Shown here piece after piece: positions 36,264-45,697 of a stretch of DNA of 61,397 nucleotides. This stretch comes from a virus (taxonomy: Duplodnaviria; Caudoviricetes). The notes below the pieces were generated by a model. That model was not told the origin of the DNA. It saw only the letters and a list, made by a program, of their open reading frames with translations, and did not search any database. The DNA is taken from the IMG/VR virus record IMGVR_UViG_3300042566_000075, positions 1 through 61,397 of that record; one strand, given 5' to 3'. The translations under genes were made by a program, and so were the position numbers. How positions within the stretch are numbered: the first letter of the stretch is position 1; each line of letters begins with the position of its first letter.

Positions 36264-36284
36264 TAACGCAGATATAGCATATAT

Positions 36285-36318
36285 AAAAAAGAAGGGAAGA
36301 GATTTCTCTCCTCCCTTC
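36285..36318 (-). terminator. rho-independent terminator after the major capsid gene
   Basis: Minus strand GAAGGGAGGAGA-GAAA-TCTCTTCCCTTC-TTTTTT. Confidence 0.9.
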
Positions 36319-36354
36319 CCCCCGTTCCCTTGAGCTACGCTCTCGGGGAAACTA

Positions 36355-37266
36355 TTAGGCTGCGCCTTCGCTGCCGTACATACCCAGAGGGTCTGACCAG
36401 CCGAACGAATAACGCTCACGAGCCTTGTAACGTACGTTACCAGTATCGAAGTCACCGTCCATGCCCGTGCTCATTGGAGTACGAACAAAGTGCTTCAGAC
36501 CGTTTGGCACGTCTGTGGTCAAGAACCATGCATCCGTGTCGGTCAAGAAGTGGTTTACAGCGTATCCTTCTGGGATCGAGCCGTTCGACTTGATTGCGTT
36601 GATGTCGTTGTCCGCAGTCGAAACGCGAAGTTCGGTTTCGAGCAAGCGAGTAGCAACAAACATCAGGCTTGGCGGTACGACGAGCTTACGCGGTTTAGCC
36701 GCGATGAGCAGGCCACGTTCATCCGTCCACGCTGCGATCTGAATTACAGCCGCTTCAAGCGACGTTTCGTTCAAATCAGCAGGAGTGCTTGGGATGTTCG
36801 AGTTCGTGCCACCAGAAACCAATGGGTGCGAAGCCGAGAACAATGGTTGGCCGTCACCACCGGTGTAGTCGGTGTCGAAGCCGTTGTTCAAGACTGCGGC
36901 AGCCTTAGTTTGCTTGGTGTAGGACATGGCGCGAGCCAAGGCCTTTGTGTAACGCGACGACAAGGAGTCATACAAGTTATCTTCAATCGCTTCTTCCGTG
37001 AGCGAGAACCCGAGGGCAATCGTTTCGTGGTTGTAGCGAGCAGTGAAGACTTCCTGTGCGTTGTCATACGCGATGGCCGAACCTTCGTTCTTGACTGGAG
37101 CAGCCGAGAAACCAGAAAGCTTTGTTTCTTCTTCGAACGAACGCTCAGAAGTTTCCGTTTCGTAGATTTCTTTGTGCTCTTCGCCGTAACGTGCATACTC
37201 GAGGCCGAACAAAGCGTTCAGTCCGGGCAACAGTTCTTTAAGAAGTTGTGCGCGTGAAATTGCCAT
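36355..37266 (-). CDS. major capsid protein (HK97 fold, Mu gpT-like)
   Basis: 303 aa, LVVPPSL and RERYSFGWSD motifs, strong RBS, downstream terminator, follows scaffold genes. Confidence 0.88.
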   Translation of the reverse strand: MAISRAQLLKELLPGLNALFGLEYARYGEEHKEIYETETSERSFEEETKLSGFSAAPVKNEGSAIAYDNAQEVFTARYNHETIALGFSLTEEAIEDNLYDSLSSRYTKALARAMSYTKQTKAAAVLNNGFDTDYTGGDGQPLFSASHPLVSGGTNSNIPSTPADLNETSLEAAVIQIAAWTDERGLLIAAKPRKLVVPPSLMFVATRLLETELRVSTADNDINAIKSNGSIPEGYAVNHFLTDTDAWFLTTDVPNGLKHFVRTPMSTGMDGDFDTGNVRYKARERYSFGWSDPLGMYGSEGAA

Positions 37267-37278
37267 TGTTCAGTCTCC

Positions 37279-37896
37279 TTATGCCAGACCGGTTGGGTTG
37301 AGGTAGCTGTGGGTGCCTTGGTTCCACTTGACGATAACTTCGGTGTAAGAACCGGGGTTACCTGCAATAGCGGTCTCAGGAACAACGTCCACAACGCGGA
37401 TAGGCCACGTCGAAGTAGTACCTTCAGTCGAGTCTACACCGACCTTAGAGTTACCATTCGAAGTTGAACCTACGTTGTTCGCACCGTTAGCGAGCTTGAG
37501 GTTCGAACCAACAGCAGCCTGAGTGACATAGCTGACAGTGTTCGAGTTGGTACCAGCGCATACAGCAACCTTGAACAACGCATCAGGGTCTTCCTGAATG
37601 TACGCTGTGACGTCGCTGATGTTTGTGGTGCCGGGGTAGTACTGACGGAATGTCAGACCAAAGGTTGGGTCCGTGTAGGTGCAACCGAGGAAAACACCAA
37701 CAGGGGTGGCCGAGTCTGTACCAGTGTCCTTGCCAACAGTACCGCCTGCGAGCAACTTAACGACGTCACCATAGAAGATGGCAGTCGAAGAGTTGGTTGC
37801 GATTGGAAGTTGACGAGTTGCACCAGCAAAAACCTGTCCGCCGATCAAATTGATCGGGATTAGCCCGTAAGGGCTGGTAACAGAAGGGTATGCCAT
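37279..37896 (-). CDS. capsid decoration/cement protein
   Basis: IFYGDVV and GVFLGC.YTDP motifs. Immediately upstream of the capsid gene. Confidence 0.65.
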   Translation of the reverse strand: MAYPSVTSPYGLIPINLIGGQVFAGATRQLPIATNSSTAIFYGDVVKLLAGGTVGKDTGTDSATPVGVFLGCTYTDPTFGLTFRQYYPGTTNISDVTAYIQEDPDALFKVAVCAGTNSNTVSYVTQAAVGSNLKLANGANNVGSTSNGNSKVGVDSTEGTTSTWPIRVVDVVPETAIAGNPGSYTEVIVKWNQGTHSYLNPTGLA

Positions 37897-37912
37897 TTTA
37901 TAGCTCCTTTAG

Positions 37913-38389
37913 CTATTTGCCTTTGCCAAATGACGTCGTAGACCGTTTTTCCCTGAAGAGGGGCATACGAGCGTCGTTCTCACGCATGAAGTTATTGTCC
38001 ACGGAGTCCATCTGAGCCTGATTTTTACTAGCGAAGTATTCCTTACGCTGCTGCATCAGTTCTTCCGGTGCCTTGCACAACAACAGTCCTGCGACTTCGA
38101 TGTTGTCTTTGAAACGGCTGTCAGGGTCTACCAACATACGGAACTGAGGTTGTTCACTAATGCTAACTGGCTCCCAGCCTTCCCGTAGTTTGGACGAGAT
38201 GTTGCGGGGGTCGTTCTGACCCATTGAAGCTACACGTACCCAACGGTACGCATAACCCGGCTGTTTATCCGGTTCTGGCAGGGTCGAAGCCGGTTGCCAT
38301 ACTTTCGGACGTTCAGCCTCTGCACGAGTTTCACGAGGAGCGCGGGTTGCGTCTGCCTTGCCTTCAATTGCGTCAAGTAAATTAGCCAT
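37913..38389 (-). CDS. conserved head-module protein
   Basis: YRWVR...KLREGWEPV...GLLLCK.P pattern. Confidence 0.7.
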   Translation of the reverse strand: MANLLDAIEGKADATRAPRETRAEAERPKVWQPASTLPEPDKQPGYAYRWVRVASMGQNDPRNISSKLREGWEPVSISEQPQFRMLVDPDSRFKDNIEVAGLLLCKAPEELMQQRKEYFASKNQAQMDSVDNNFMRENDARMPLFREKRSTTSFGKGK

Positions 38390-38390
38390 C

Positions 38391-39335
38391 TTATTTCTCC
38401 ATCTTCATTACTTCGCGGGCATACTGCTCAGGCGTTACGCCTAGACGTTTTGCAACCGCAATTTGGGTACGATTTAACACAATCTTTTTGGGGGACCGTG
38501 TACGTGAAGCTGGAGCAACGACAGATGACGCTTTTTGTTCGCGTGCAGTGGGTCTGGTGCCACCATTATCCATTTCATCCCCGAAGTAATCGGAGAAGCG
38601 ACGGCGCATAGTTTTGTCTACAACGCCCCAATATTCGTCGGTGCCTGCAAATTGCGGGCCACGTTCATTTATGAGCCTCTGGTGAAGCCCAAGAGCAGTT
38701 GCAGTCATTTCCGGGTCCGTACCATACCACGTATTGCGCTCTTGCCACGCCATAGTTTTCTGGTCAGGTTGCGGAATTTGCACCTGCTGTTGCGGTATTT
38801 CTACCTCATTATATTCCTCCTGTAAAGAAGGACGATAATTATTTATTTGCTGTACTCGATAGTTAACTTGAGCAAGCTTCTCTTGAGCGTCTGCTAGACG
38901 ATCTGCATCACCTGACTCGTAAGCTTCTTTAAACTCACGTTTGGCTGCTGCAGCCTCAAATTCCGCAGTTTGTTTATAGCTACCAAGTAAGGACTGTTCG
39001 CCTTGTGCTAGCGTATTCTTTAGCCTGCGGTTCTCTTCAAGAATACGTTGCGCAACAGAAAGAGCTTCTGTCTTCTCGCGCATCTCGCGTTCTTTTTCAC
39101 GGCGTTCGTCGTGCCAGACTTTCTTCATCTGCTTCAGACGTGTCTTTACCTTGTCGGAGTAATCTTCAAGCTCATCAGCTTCTAATTCTTCAACAAGTTC
39201 CTTCGGCATTGGCTCGCGGCCACGGTCTGCTTCAGGGGTATCATCTTCGATTTCAATTTCCGGCTTATCAGCCTCAGAAACGGGGGTTTCGTCTTCGATC
39301 TCGAACGAAAAATCGTCGTTATCATCCATACTCAT
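38391..39335 (-). CDS. capsid scaffolding protein
   Basis: Acidic N-terminus, long coiled coil, C-terminal AKRLGVTPEQYA helix. Start at ATG 39335 with AAGGAG RBS. Confidence 0.75.
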   Translation of the reverse strand: MSMDDNDDFSFEIEDETPVSEADKPEIEIEDDTPEADRGREPMPKELVEELEADELEDYSDKVKTRLKQMKKVWHDERREKEREMREKTEALSVAQRILEENRRLKNTLAQGEQSLLGSYKQTAEFEAAAAKREFKEAYESGDADRLADAQEKLAQVNYRVQQINNYRPSLQEEYNEVEIPQQQVQIPQPDQKTMAWQERNTWYGTDPEMTATALGLHQRLINERGPQFAGTDEYWGVVDKTMRRRFSDYFGDEMDNGGTRPTAREQKASSVVAPASRTRSPKKIVLNRTQIAVAKRLGVTPEQYAREVMKMEK

Positions 39336-39363
39336 GTCATTCTCCTTGTACGGGTTACGTCCG

Positions 39364-39804
39364 TTAAGCGCGGGAAATGCCCCGGGGGTCTTCAACAACA
39401 CCTTCTACACTGTCGTCGTTGATGATGCGGAACTCACGACCGTGGATTTTCACACGGCTGCCTGCCATTGGGCGGGTCAGAATGAAGTCACCTTCTTGGC
39501 ACCATGGGCCAGACGGGAAGCGTTTCTCGTCCTTGTAGCAATCTGGACCCATCTTCAGCACCATAAGCACTGGAGTAGTGAGTTCTTCGTATTGCTTGGT
39601 AGCGTCGGCCTTAAAGATACCACCAGCGGTCTTCTCTTCGACTTCAGGGAGCGCGCACAGAATGCGGTATCCTGATGGGTCTGGAAGCTGCTTTGCACGG
39701 TCTTCTACCGGAACTTCGGGTTCTTTGTCCGCTGCCACAATGGGTTTGCCATTAAGGCCCACTAACGAGGGGGTGGTGACCCCAACAATATCAGTCATCG
39801 TCAT
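39364..39804 (-). CDS. groES: co-chaperonin GroES-like protein
   Basis: P.GYRIL, KTAGGI mobile loop, GD.IL, RIINDDSVEGVV. Confidence 0.85.
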   Translation of the reverse strand: MTMTDIVGVTTPSLVGLNGKPIVAADKEPEVPVEDRAKQLPDPSGYRILCALPEVEEKTAGGIFKADATKQYEELTTPVLMVLKMGPDCYKDEKRFPSGPWCQEGDFILTRPMAGSRVKIHGREFRIINDDSVEGVVEDPRGISRA

Positions 39805-39985
39805 GTTCCATTCTTTGTGCGGTTTCAGCGATGAAACCGTTTGACATCATAAGTCCGCGAATAATTCCGCAGGCGTATTTATATTCCCCATGGTCCTTTG
39901 CAGTTCCACGGGCGAGATCACCGCTAATCACGTCAATCTCATCTTGTACCTTTTTTGACAGGTACATCAGTACTTCATTCGTCAT
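39791..39985 (-). CDS. small conserved protein between portal and GroES
   Basis: 64 aa, YKYACGIIRGL, coupled overlaps. Confidence 0.7.
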   Translation of the reverse strand: MTNEVLMYLSKKVQDEIDVISGDLARGTAKDHGEYKYACGIIRGLMMSNGFIAETAQRMEHDDD

Positions 39986-42471
39986 TCATTCTCCTTAGGC
40001 ATTGCTTGGTTGGGAACGGGTTGTTCGCTTCGTAGGGCTTCACGGGACATCTCAATGCCCATGCGGAACCCTTCTGCTTCCTGCTTAGCTTCCATTTCAC
40101 TCTTGGAAGCGGCAAGTTTTGCGCCGACTTGTAGGCCAGCAATCTCTTCTTGCGACTCGATACGCTTTTGTTCGAGTTCAAGTCTGTCGTTCTTTTCAGC
40201 GGCGTCAATCTGCATCTTCTGCCGTTTAAGCTCGAGTTCGCCCTTCTTAATCTCCAGCTCTTGCATCTGCATCTGCACGATGGGGTCTTGTGCCATCTGC
40301 TGCGCCTGCTGCTGCTGGGCTTCGGCTTGGTTCTTCTGGAGCAACTGTTGTGCTGCGGCTGCAGCCAGACGGGAAACAGCCAGTTCAGTTGTTTCGTCCA
40401 TCTCAGCGTTAGGCTCTGGGAGTGGTACGCCCGCCTGCTCTTCGATTTGTTTACGATACGCGAACGCAAGGTGTTCTTGTATATGTGCGGATGCTGCAGC
40501 CATCATCGACTGTGCGTTAGGGTTCTGGCCCATAAGCTGCGCAATCTTGGGGTCTTGCATAGCAGCCATATGGACTGCGATATGGGCTTCGTGATCTTGG
40601 TAGATAAACGCCTTGACAGGCTTACCGTTAAGAACATCCATATTTTCAGACACAGGGTCACGCGGCTTCATGTCGTCGCCATCTTGAAGCGGGACGAGCT
40701 TCTGCGCGTTCTTGATACCTAGCACCTCAAGCATTTGACGGTGTAGATAGGGCAAGTCGTAGATTTGCGGCGCGCCCTGTGCCAACTGAATAACAGCCTG
40801 ATATTGTACGATCTTCTGCGCCATGGTAGCGGCGTTGGGGTCAGATACAGGGATAACATCGACGTTATCATAGTCAGACTTCTTAGCCCTGCGACCGCCT
40901 TCTTCTGGCTCAAATGAGTACTCGTCGGGTGTGTAGTCGCGGATGATGCCCTTAAGAAGCTGAAACTCCCGCTTCATTGCATAGTGGACGCGTGCCTGCA
41001 CGGCACTCATCATCTTCAACGTACGCTCGAGAATAGCCAGTGTGGTGCCCACAGGAGCCTGTGCAGACATGTCAGACACCTTCATGTCCGCCATACCCGC
41101 GAAGCGACGACCTTCGTCTACGATGGTCCCTAGGAGGCTGTAGAGCACTTGGCTTGGCTCTTTGTATGGCAGTGGCATGATATTATCACGCATCGTACCT
41201 GACGCTACGTCTACATCGCGCCATTCGGCAGGGCTTATCGGGGTGTCGTCACCCTTGACGCGCAAGCCCTTAGTTTTAAATCCGCCCGGTAGATTAGATA
41301 GAGTACCAGCATCAACAAGCTGACGAATAAGGCTGGTACCAGACTTAGCAAAAGCACCGATAAGGTGAATAAGGCCAAAAGCGTAGAAGCCAAAGCCCGG
41401 AACATACGAATAATGTACGAAGTGGTTGCGCTTAAGCTTCTTTTTGTCATCTGGGTTCCAGTTTCGGCGGATAGATAGGACCGTTTCGGTCTCTTTGTCT
41501 ATGGTCACGACGTATGGGAGCGCGATTTCAAGGTCATTTTCTTCCTTGTCGCGGTAGTCATCGTCCTCAATGACCAAATCCACGTGCATTTCGAGCAATT
41601 TGTACCGGTCATCGGTCTCTGCACGGAAGCCAAGCTGTTCTGAAATCTTCTGCTCGACCTCATCCATCGAATTGACGGGGTCTGGCAGGTCTACATCACG
41701 GTAAAACCCATTAGCTTGGAGCTTTCTTAGCTCGTTCGGGGTTTTCCGCATCACATGGGTGACGCGTTCAGCGACTTCCAAGCTGGACGCGCCATAAGGT
41801 ACGACTACATCTTCTGCTGCGACGTACATAGCGACTTGACGACCGAGTGATGGGTCGAAATACACCTTCTTGAACGCATTACCTGCGAGGCCCAACCCCC
41901 ACAGCATCCGCTCATGTTCAGGGCGATACTCGACCATCACATCGGTCAACTGATAATTCATATCTTCTTGGACGCGAGCAGCGGCGTCCTTCTTCTCTGG
42001 GGTCTCTTTACCGATTAACTGCGTGCGCACCGGCCCTTGGGCTGGGAATGTCTCGCTCATAGTCTCGGCTTGGAACTTAACTACCGCCTCAGACAGCAGT
42101 GGGTGATGTACACCACAGGCTCCGGGCCAAGGTTCCGTGCGGTCCTCGACCTTCATACCCAGCAGCTCAAGACCGTCTACATAAGTCTGTATCCAGTCCT
42201 TGCGGCTGCTAATATCTTCGTCAAACTCACCCAGCAGGTCGCCAGCAAGCTCTGTAAGCACGCCTTCGTCCAAGTCTTCGGCTAGGTTATCGTTAAAGTC
42301 GCCCTCGTCCTCACTCGGGTCAATCTCGATCTCCACGCCATCAATGTCGATCTCGACACTCTCAGGGTCTTCGATCTCAATCTCGATGTCAGAACCCTCG
42401 TCCATCTCCATCTCGGATTGGTCGAAGTCTAGGCCCATAGGGGCTTGGTTGAGCGACTTGTCGATATCCAT
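39982..42471 (-). CDS. portal protein with P22-like C-terminal barrel
   Basis: 829 aa after the terminase. FKKVYFD and GFGFYAFG motifs, long Gln-rich coiled-coil tail. Confidence 0.88.
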   Translation of the reverse strand: MDIDKSLNQAPMGLDFDQSEMEMDEGSDIEIEIEDPESVEIDIDGVEIEIDPSEDEGDFNDNLAEDLDEGVLTELAGDLLGEFDEDISSRKDWIQTYVDGLELLGMKVEDRTEPWPGACGVHHPLLSEAVVKFQAETMSETFPAQGPVRTQLIGKETPEKKDAAARVQEDMNYQLTDVMVEYRPEHERMLWGLGLAGNAFKKVYFDPSLGRQVAMYVAAEDVVVPYGASSLEVAERVTHVMRKTPNELRKLQANGFYRDVDLPDPVNSMDEVEQKISEQLGFRAETDDRYKLLEMHVDLVIEDDDYRDKEENDLEIALPYVVTIDKETETVLSIRRNWNPDDKKKLKRNHFVHYSYVPGFGFYAFGLIHLIGAFAKSGTSLIRQLVDAGTLSNLPGGFKTKGLRVKGDDTPISPAEWRDVDVASGTMRDNIMPLPYKEPSQVLYSLLGTIVDEGRRFAGMADMKVSDMSAQAPVGTTLAILERTLKMMSAVQARVHYAMKREFQLLKGIIRDYTPDEYSFEPEEGGRRAKKSDYDNVDVIPVSDPNAATMAQKIVQYQAVIQLAQGAPQIYDLPYLHRQMLEVLGIKNAQKLVPLQDGDDMKPRDPVSENMDVLNGKPVKAFIYQDHEAHIAVHMAAMQDPKIAQLMGQNPNAQSMMAAASAHIQEHLAFAYRKQIEEQAGVPLPEPNAEMDETTELAVSRLAAAAAQQLLQKNQAEAQQQQAQQMAQDPIVQMQMQELEIKKGELELKRQKMQIDAAEKNDRLELEQKRIESQEEIAGLQVGAKLAASKSEMEAKQEAEGFRMGIEMSREALRSEQPVPNQAMPKENE

Positions 42472-42738
42472 TTATTTAACCTTTTTAACCAAAGTCTTAG
42501 CCACTGCGAGTGCCGGAGAAGCAGATGCCGCCACTTCACCTACGCGAACTGCGGTTTCCGCTACGTCTCCGAGGATGTCGAATACGCTCTTTTTCTTTTT
42601 AGTCTGCGTCTCGTTCGCACCTGCTACGGCATCGGCGTATTCTACGCCTGCTGCACGTGCTTCGTTGAAGGCTGTGCGCTGGTCATCAGACCATTTTGAC
42701 CATTGTGTCTTACCGATTGGGAATAAAGCCTTGACCAT
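42472..42738 (-). CDS. hypothetical protein between terminase and portal
   Basis: 88 aa, exactly fills the gap. Confidence 0.65.
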   Translation of the reverse strand: MVKALFPIGKTQWSKWSDDQRTAFNEARAAGVEYADAVAGANETQTKKKKSVFDILGDVAETAVRVGEVAASASPALAVAKTLVKKVK

Positions 42739-44255
42739 TAGTAATATCCTTGATTGCGGTTCGACTTGAAATACTGGATTTCGTCCGGTTCGTCTAGCGT
42801 AGTAGTGATATAACCTCCACGCCTGAACCTATGTAGTGCCATAGACACCGTATCGACATAGTCATCGTTGGAACCTGCGGGAAATTCTGCAACTTCATCA
42901 ATGACTTCCTCGGCCCAGCGCGTCGCTGGTGCCCATACTCTACCAGACGCAAAGATATCAGCGATCCCGTTGAGTCGGCTTATCTTGTCATTACCCCGTG
43001 TCGGGGTGAACTCCTGCACCGGTATGCCCATGGCCCGCATCTCGTAGATGAGCGGCGCGCCTGACGCCTTTTTCTCGATGATAACCCCGTCTGGCTGCCA
43101 CTCTTTATACTCATCTATGGCCACACGCTTAAGCTCGGGGAACTCCATGCGGTCTCTGAAGGCATTCAGGAGGATAATGTTAGCCTGCGTCTCACCATTG
43201 TCGTCAGGGTGGTAGAACACACCCCACGTAGTACACGCCGAATAGTCGGCACGTTGTGTCTTCTCGAAGGCCGTATCCCAGCTTTGTAAGATAAAGTCAC
43301 AGCTTGGCGGGTCATCCCCTTCCCACTCCATCCACCACTCACGCTTGACGATAGCGGCCGACTCGGAGATGGGGTTCTGCTGATACTGCGCCATCCACTT
43401 GGAGTTAGGGACGTCGCGCTTAACTTTCTCAAGCTCGCTTAATTCCCAGAACTCAGGCCACAGTGGCTTCTCAGACGGAAGAATTGCTGGAAATTCAATG
43501 ACTTCCCACTCACCGATGGACTCGTTGGCAACGGCGTCTTTAATTATCTGCCCTGTCAGGTCACGCTTCGACCACCGCGTCATCACCACGACGATGGCCC
43601 CACCGGGCTGGAGACGCTGACGCGGCCCTGAGGTGTACCACTCGTAGGTCTTGTCGTAGATATCTGGGTTAACTTCTGCGATAGCAGCTTCCTGCTCGGA
43701 GTGCGGATCGTCGATGATGAGCACGTCAGCACCTTTACCAGTCACAGCACCGCCAATACCAATAGCGAAATAGTCTCCACCTTTGCTCGTATTCCAGCGT
43801 CCAGCTGCCTTAGAGTCCGAGGCCAGAACAAGGTCGGGGAAAATGTTGTGGTAAACCTCTGTATCTACAAGGTTTCTTACCTTACGACCGAAGCCTACGG
43901 CTAGCTCTGCTGTGTGCGAGCACTGAATGATCTTCTTATGGGGGAACTTGCCGAGGAACCATGCAGGTAACAAGTAAGAGGCGAACTCCGACTTTGTGTG
44001 TCGCGGTGGCATATTAATAATGAGCCGTTTGCACTCACCACGAGCAACCCGTTCAAACGCGTCTGCCATTTTTGCATGGTGTCGTCCCCCTATGAATGAC
44101 GGCCACACTTCCTTGACGAAGCCAAGGAACTTATCCTGTGCAACCTTCTTGGACTTCAGCTCGTGTAGCTTCTCCAACTCCGCAAGCAGTTTCTCCTGCT
44201 CCGGCAAGCTCAGCTTCGGCAGGATTTTGGGTATATCTTTGAGCGATATCGTCAC
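42738..44255 (-). CDS. terL: terminase large subunit
   Basis: MPPRHTKS Walker A, LIIDDP Walker B, VMTRW, SWDTA and DDYVD nuclease motifs. Probable GTG start at 44255 (GTGA overlap). Confidence 0.95.
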   Translation of the reverse strand: MTISLKDIPKILPKLSLPEQEKLLAELEKLHELKSKKVAQDKFLGFVKEVWPSFIGGRHHAKMADAFERVARGECKRLIINMPPRHTKSEFASYLLPAWFLGKFPHKKIIQCSHTAELAVGFGRKVRNLVDTEVYHNIFPDLVLASDSKAAGRWNTSKGGDYFAIGIGGAVTGKGADVLIIDDPHSEQEAAIAEVNPDIYDKTYEWYTSGPRQRLQPGGAIVVVMTRWSKRDLTGQIIKDAVANESIGEWEVIEFPAILPSEKPLWPEFWELSELEKVKRDVPNSKWMAQYQQNPISESAAIVKREWWMEWEGDDPPSCDFILQSWDTAFEKTQRADYSACTTWGVFYHPDDNGETQANIILLNAFRDRMEFPELKRVAIDEYKEWQPDGVIIEKKASGAPLIYEMRAMGIPVQEFTPTRGNDKISRLNGIADIFASGRVWAPATRWAEEVIDEVAEFPAGSNDDYVDTVSMALHRFRRGGYITTTLDEPDEIQYFKSNRNQGYY

Positions 44256-44512
44256 GTGATATCCACCACTTCCCCGCGCAGCCACTGACCCAGCATCAGC
44301 TGCATCTGACGCACATTCTCTTCGCCTATGGTAGTCTCGCCCTTGTCCGTGATTATCTTAGTGTCGTCGGTCGTCCAGCCTGCGTACATATCGCGCTTGG
44401 TGAAGGTCAGAACAGTCTCATCCCCTTCCATCAGCAGCGCAGTACCCGGAAGCTCTGCATCTTTAGGCGTGCCGGGACAAAACCCACGAAGTGCAGCGAT
44501 ACTAATCCTCAT
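44252..44512 (-). CDS. hypothetical protein between terminase genes
   Basis: 86-aa ORF overlapping both neighbours. Confidence 0.55.
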   Translation of the reverse strand: MRISIAALRGFCPGTPKDAELPGTALLMEGDETVLTFTKRDMYAGWTTDDTKIITDKGETTIGEENVRQMQLMLGQWLRGEVVDIT

Positions 44513-45155
44513 CTTTTTTACCCATGTCAGCTAGCTGAGCTTCTTCCATCTCGTCTAGCTCGCCAAACCCTGTATCCAGTATCTCTTCGATCTCGTTGTG
44601 GTCGAAGTGCGCTAGTTCTTCCTCGATAGTCTGCCCGAGGGGTGTGATGTCGATGATGTCTGCGTTCAGTAACCGCTTGACGCGCTCCTTAATCGCATTC
44701 TCCAGCTCTGTCGGGTCTTTGTAGTTGATCGTAATCTCGGACTTGGAAGTGAACAGGCCAATATCGCTGTGCTTACCTAGTAGCTCAAGCGCCTTCAGTT
44801 CTACCTTAGGATCACCGTAGTTCGCTAGCTCCATGAGCTTGAACGTAATTGCAGCCCGCACTTGGTTTGCATCTAGTGCCAACTGTTGGCCATAGGCACG
44901 CAGGAACTGGGCCGCACCAAATGCAGTTGTGACCTGATTGAGGTTCTTGGTTTCCCGCTTCTGCACCATGTCGGCAAGCTTCTTAGCTTCCTTAGCGGTG
45001 TTCTCATCCAACTCTAGCGGCGCACCCATGTTAACAAGGAGTTCTGCAGTGTTCCCCGCTAACGCAATCTCTTCAAGAAGCGACGTGGGTTTCTCTTCGA
45101 CGGTGTCGTAAGGCACCGGATATGCGTTGGAAGGTTCTACTTTGATAACGGGCAT
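44502..45155 (-). CDS. putative terminase small subunit (217 aa)
   Basis: LKALELLGK...GLF helix motif, first late gene. Start set at ATG 45155 (MPVIKV). Confidence 0.65.
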   Translation of the reverse strand: MPVIKVEPSNAYPVPYDTVEEKPTSLLEEIALAGNTAELLVNMGAPLELDENTAKEAKKLADMVQKRETKNLNQVTTAFGAAQFLRAYGQQLALDANQVRAAITFKLMELANYGDPKVELKALELLGKHSDIGLFTSKSEITINYKDPTELENAIKERVKRLLNADIIDITPLGQTIEEELAHFDHNEIEEILDTGFGELDEMEEAQLADMGKKDED

Positions 45156-45224
45156 GTGTGCAGCATCCGGTTTGAGGGAAGCAGTGAAGCCGTGCGTGTA
45201 ACAGGCTAGGTACAACAATGTAAA

Positions 45225-45522
45225 GGGGAAAAGGGGGGTGACGCAAACTGAGGGAAGCACCACCCCACCCAAGGGCATCGCATGGCAAAATGCGATGACG
45301 AATACTACCGCACGGGTTTTGCATGTCAAGGTACCATAGACGGGGGGTGTTTCTATGTGCGGGCAAGACGGATACTGGCTAGAAAAAATAGGGGGTGGGG
45401 GGTCTTGATTTGACATTGTATAGGGGGGTGTTTCTGGGATGTGCTGATATAATGTGCAAAATAGTATGTATAGGGGGGCGGCACCTTGTCTGTGGGGCGA
45501 GGGGGGTCGGGGGGCGGTGGGG
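45225..45522 (+). other. poly-G tract region between divergent late and early blocks; possible packaging/terminus signal
   Basis: About 11 runs of G4-G6. GGGGGGTGTTTCT occurs at 45342 and 45423. Confidence 0.5.
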
Positions 45523-45528
45523 TAAACA

Positions 45529-45576
45529 GAACAAAGAACGAACAACCCTGCACCCCCACCGGAACAAAACGTGAAA
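45529..45576. promoter_or_regulatory. two alphaproteobacterial LexA-type boxes (GAAC-N7-GAAC)
   Basis: GAACAAAGAACGAAC at 45529-45543 (perfect) and GAACAAAACGTGAAA at 45562-45576 (one mismatch), non-coding. Confidence 0.5.
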
Positions 45577-45697
45577 CCTCACTTTGTTAGGTAGTTTCGT
45601 GCGATTTTTCTTGTGTTATCCCTCAAATTGTGGGACAAACAAATCATCGAGAGAGCAACAACGCTACTCGATACCACACACAATAGGAGCAAACATT

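Noticed and set aside
6450-44259. Numerous plus-strand ORFs opposite late genes (e.g. 10647-11399, 32950-33573, 36490-37257, 40010-40594)
   Set aside because: Antisense shadows of real genes, with no RBS or recognisable motifs.
45156-45545. 130-aa N-terminal extension of ORF 44502..45545
   Set aside because: Pro-rich translation of the poly-G/C non-coding region. The protein-like sequence begins at ATG 45155.
45566-45577. parS site (contains CGTGAAAC)
   Set aside because: Only one half of GTTTCAC-GTGAAAC is present, and no ParA/ParB gene was recognised.
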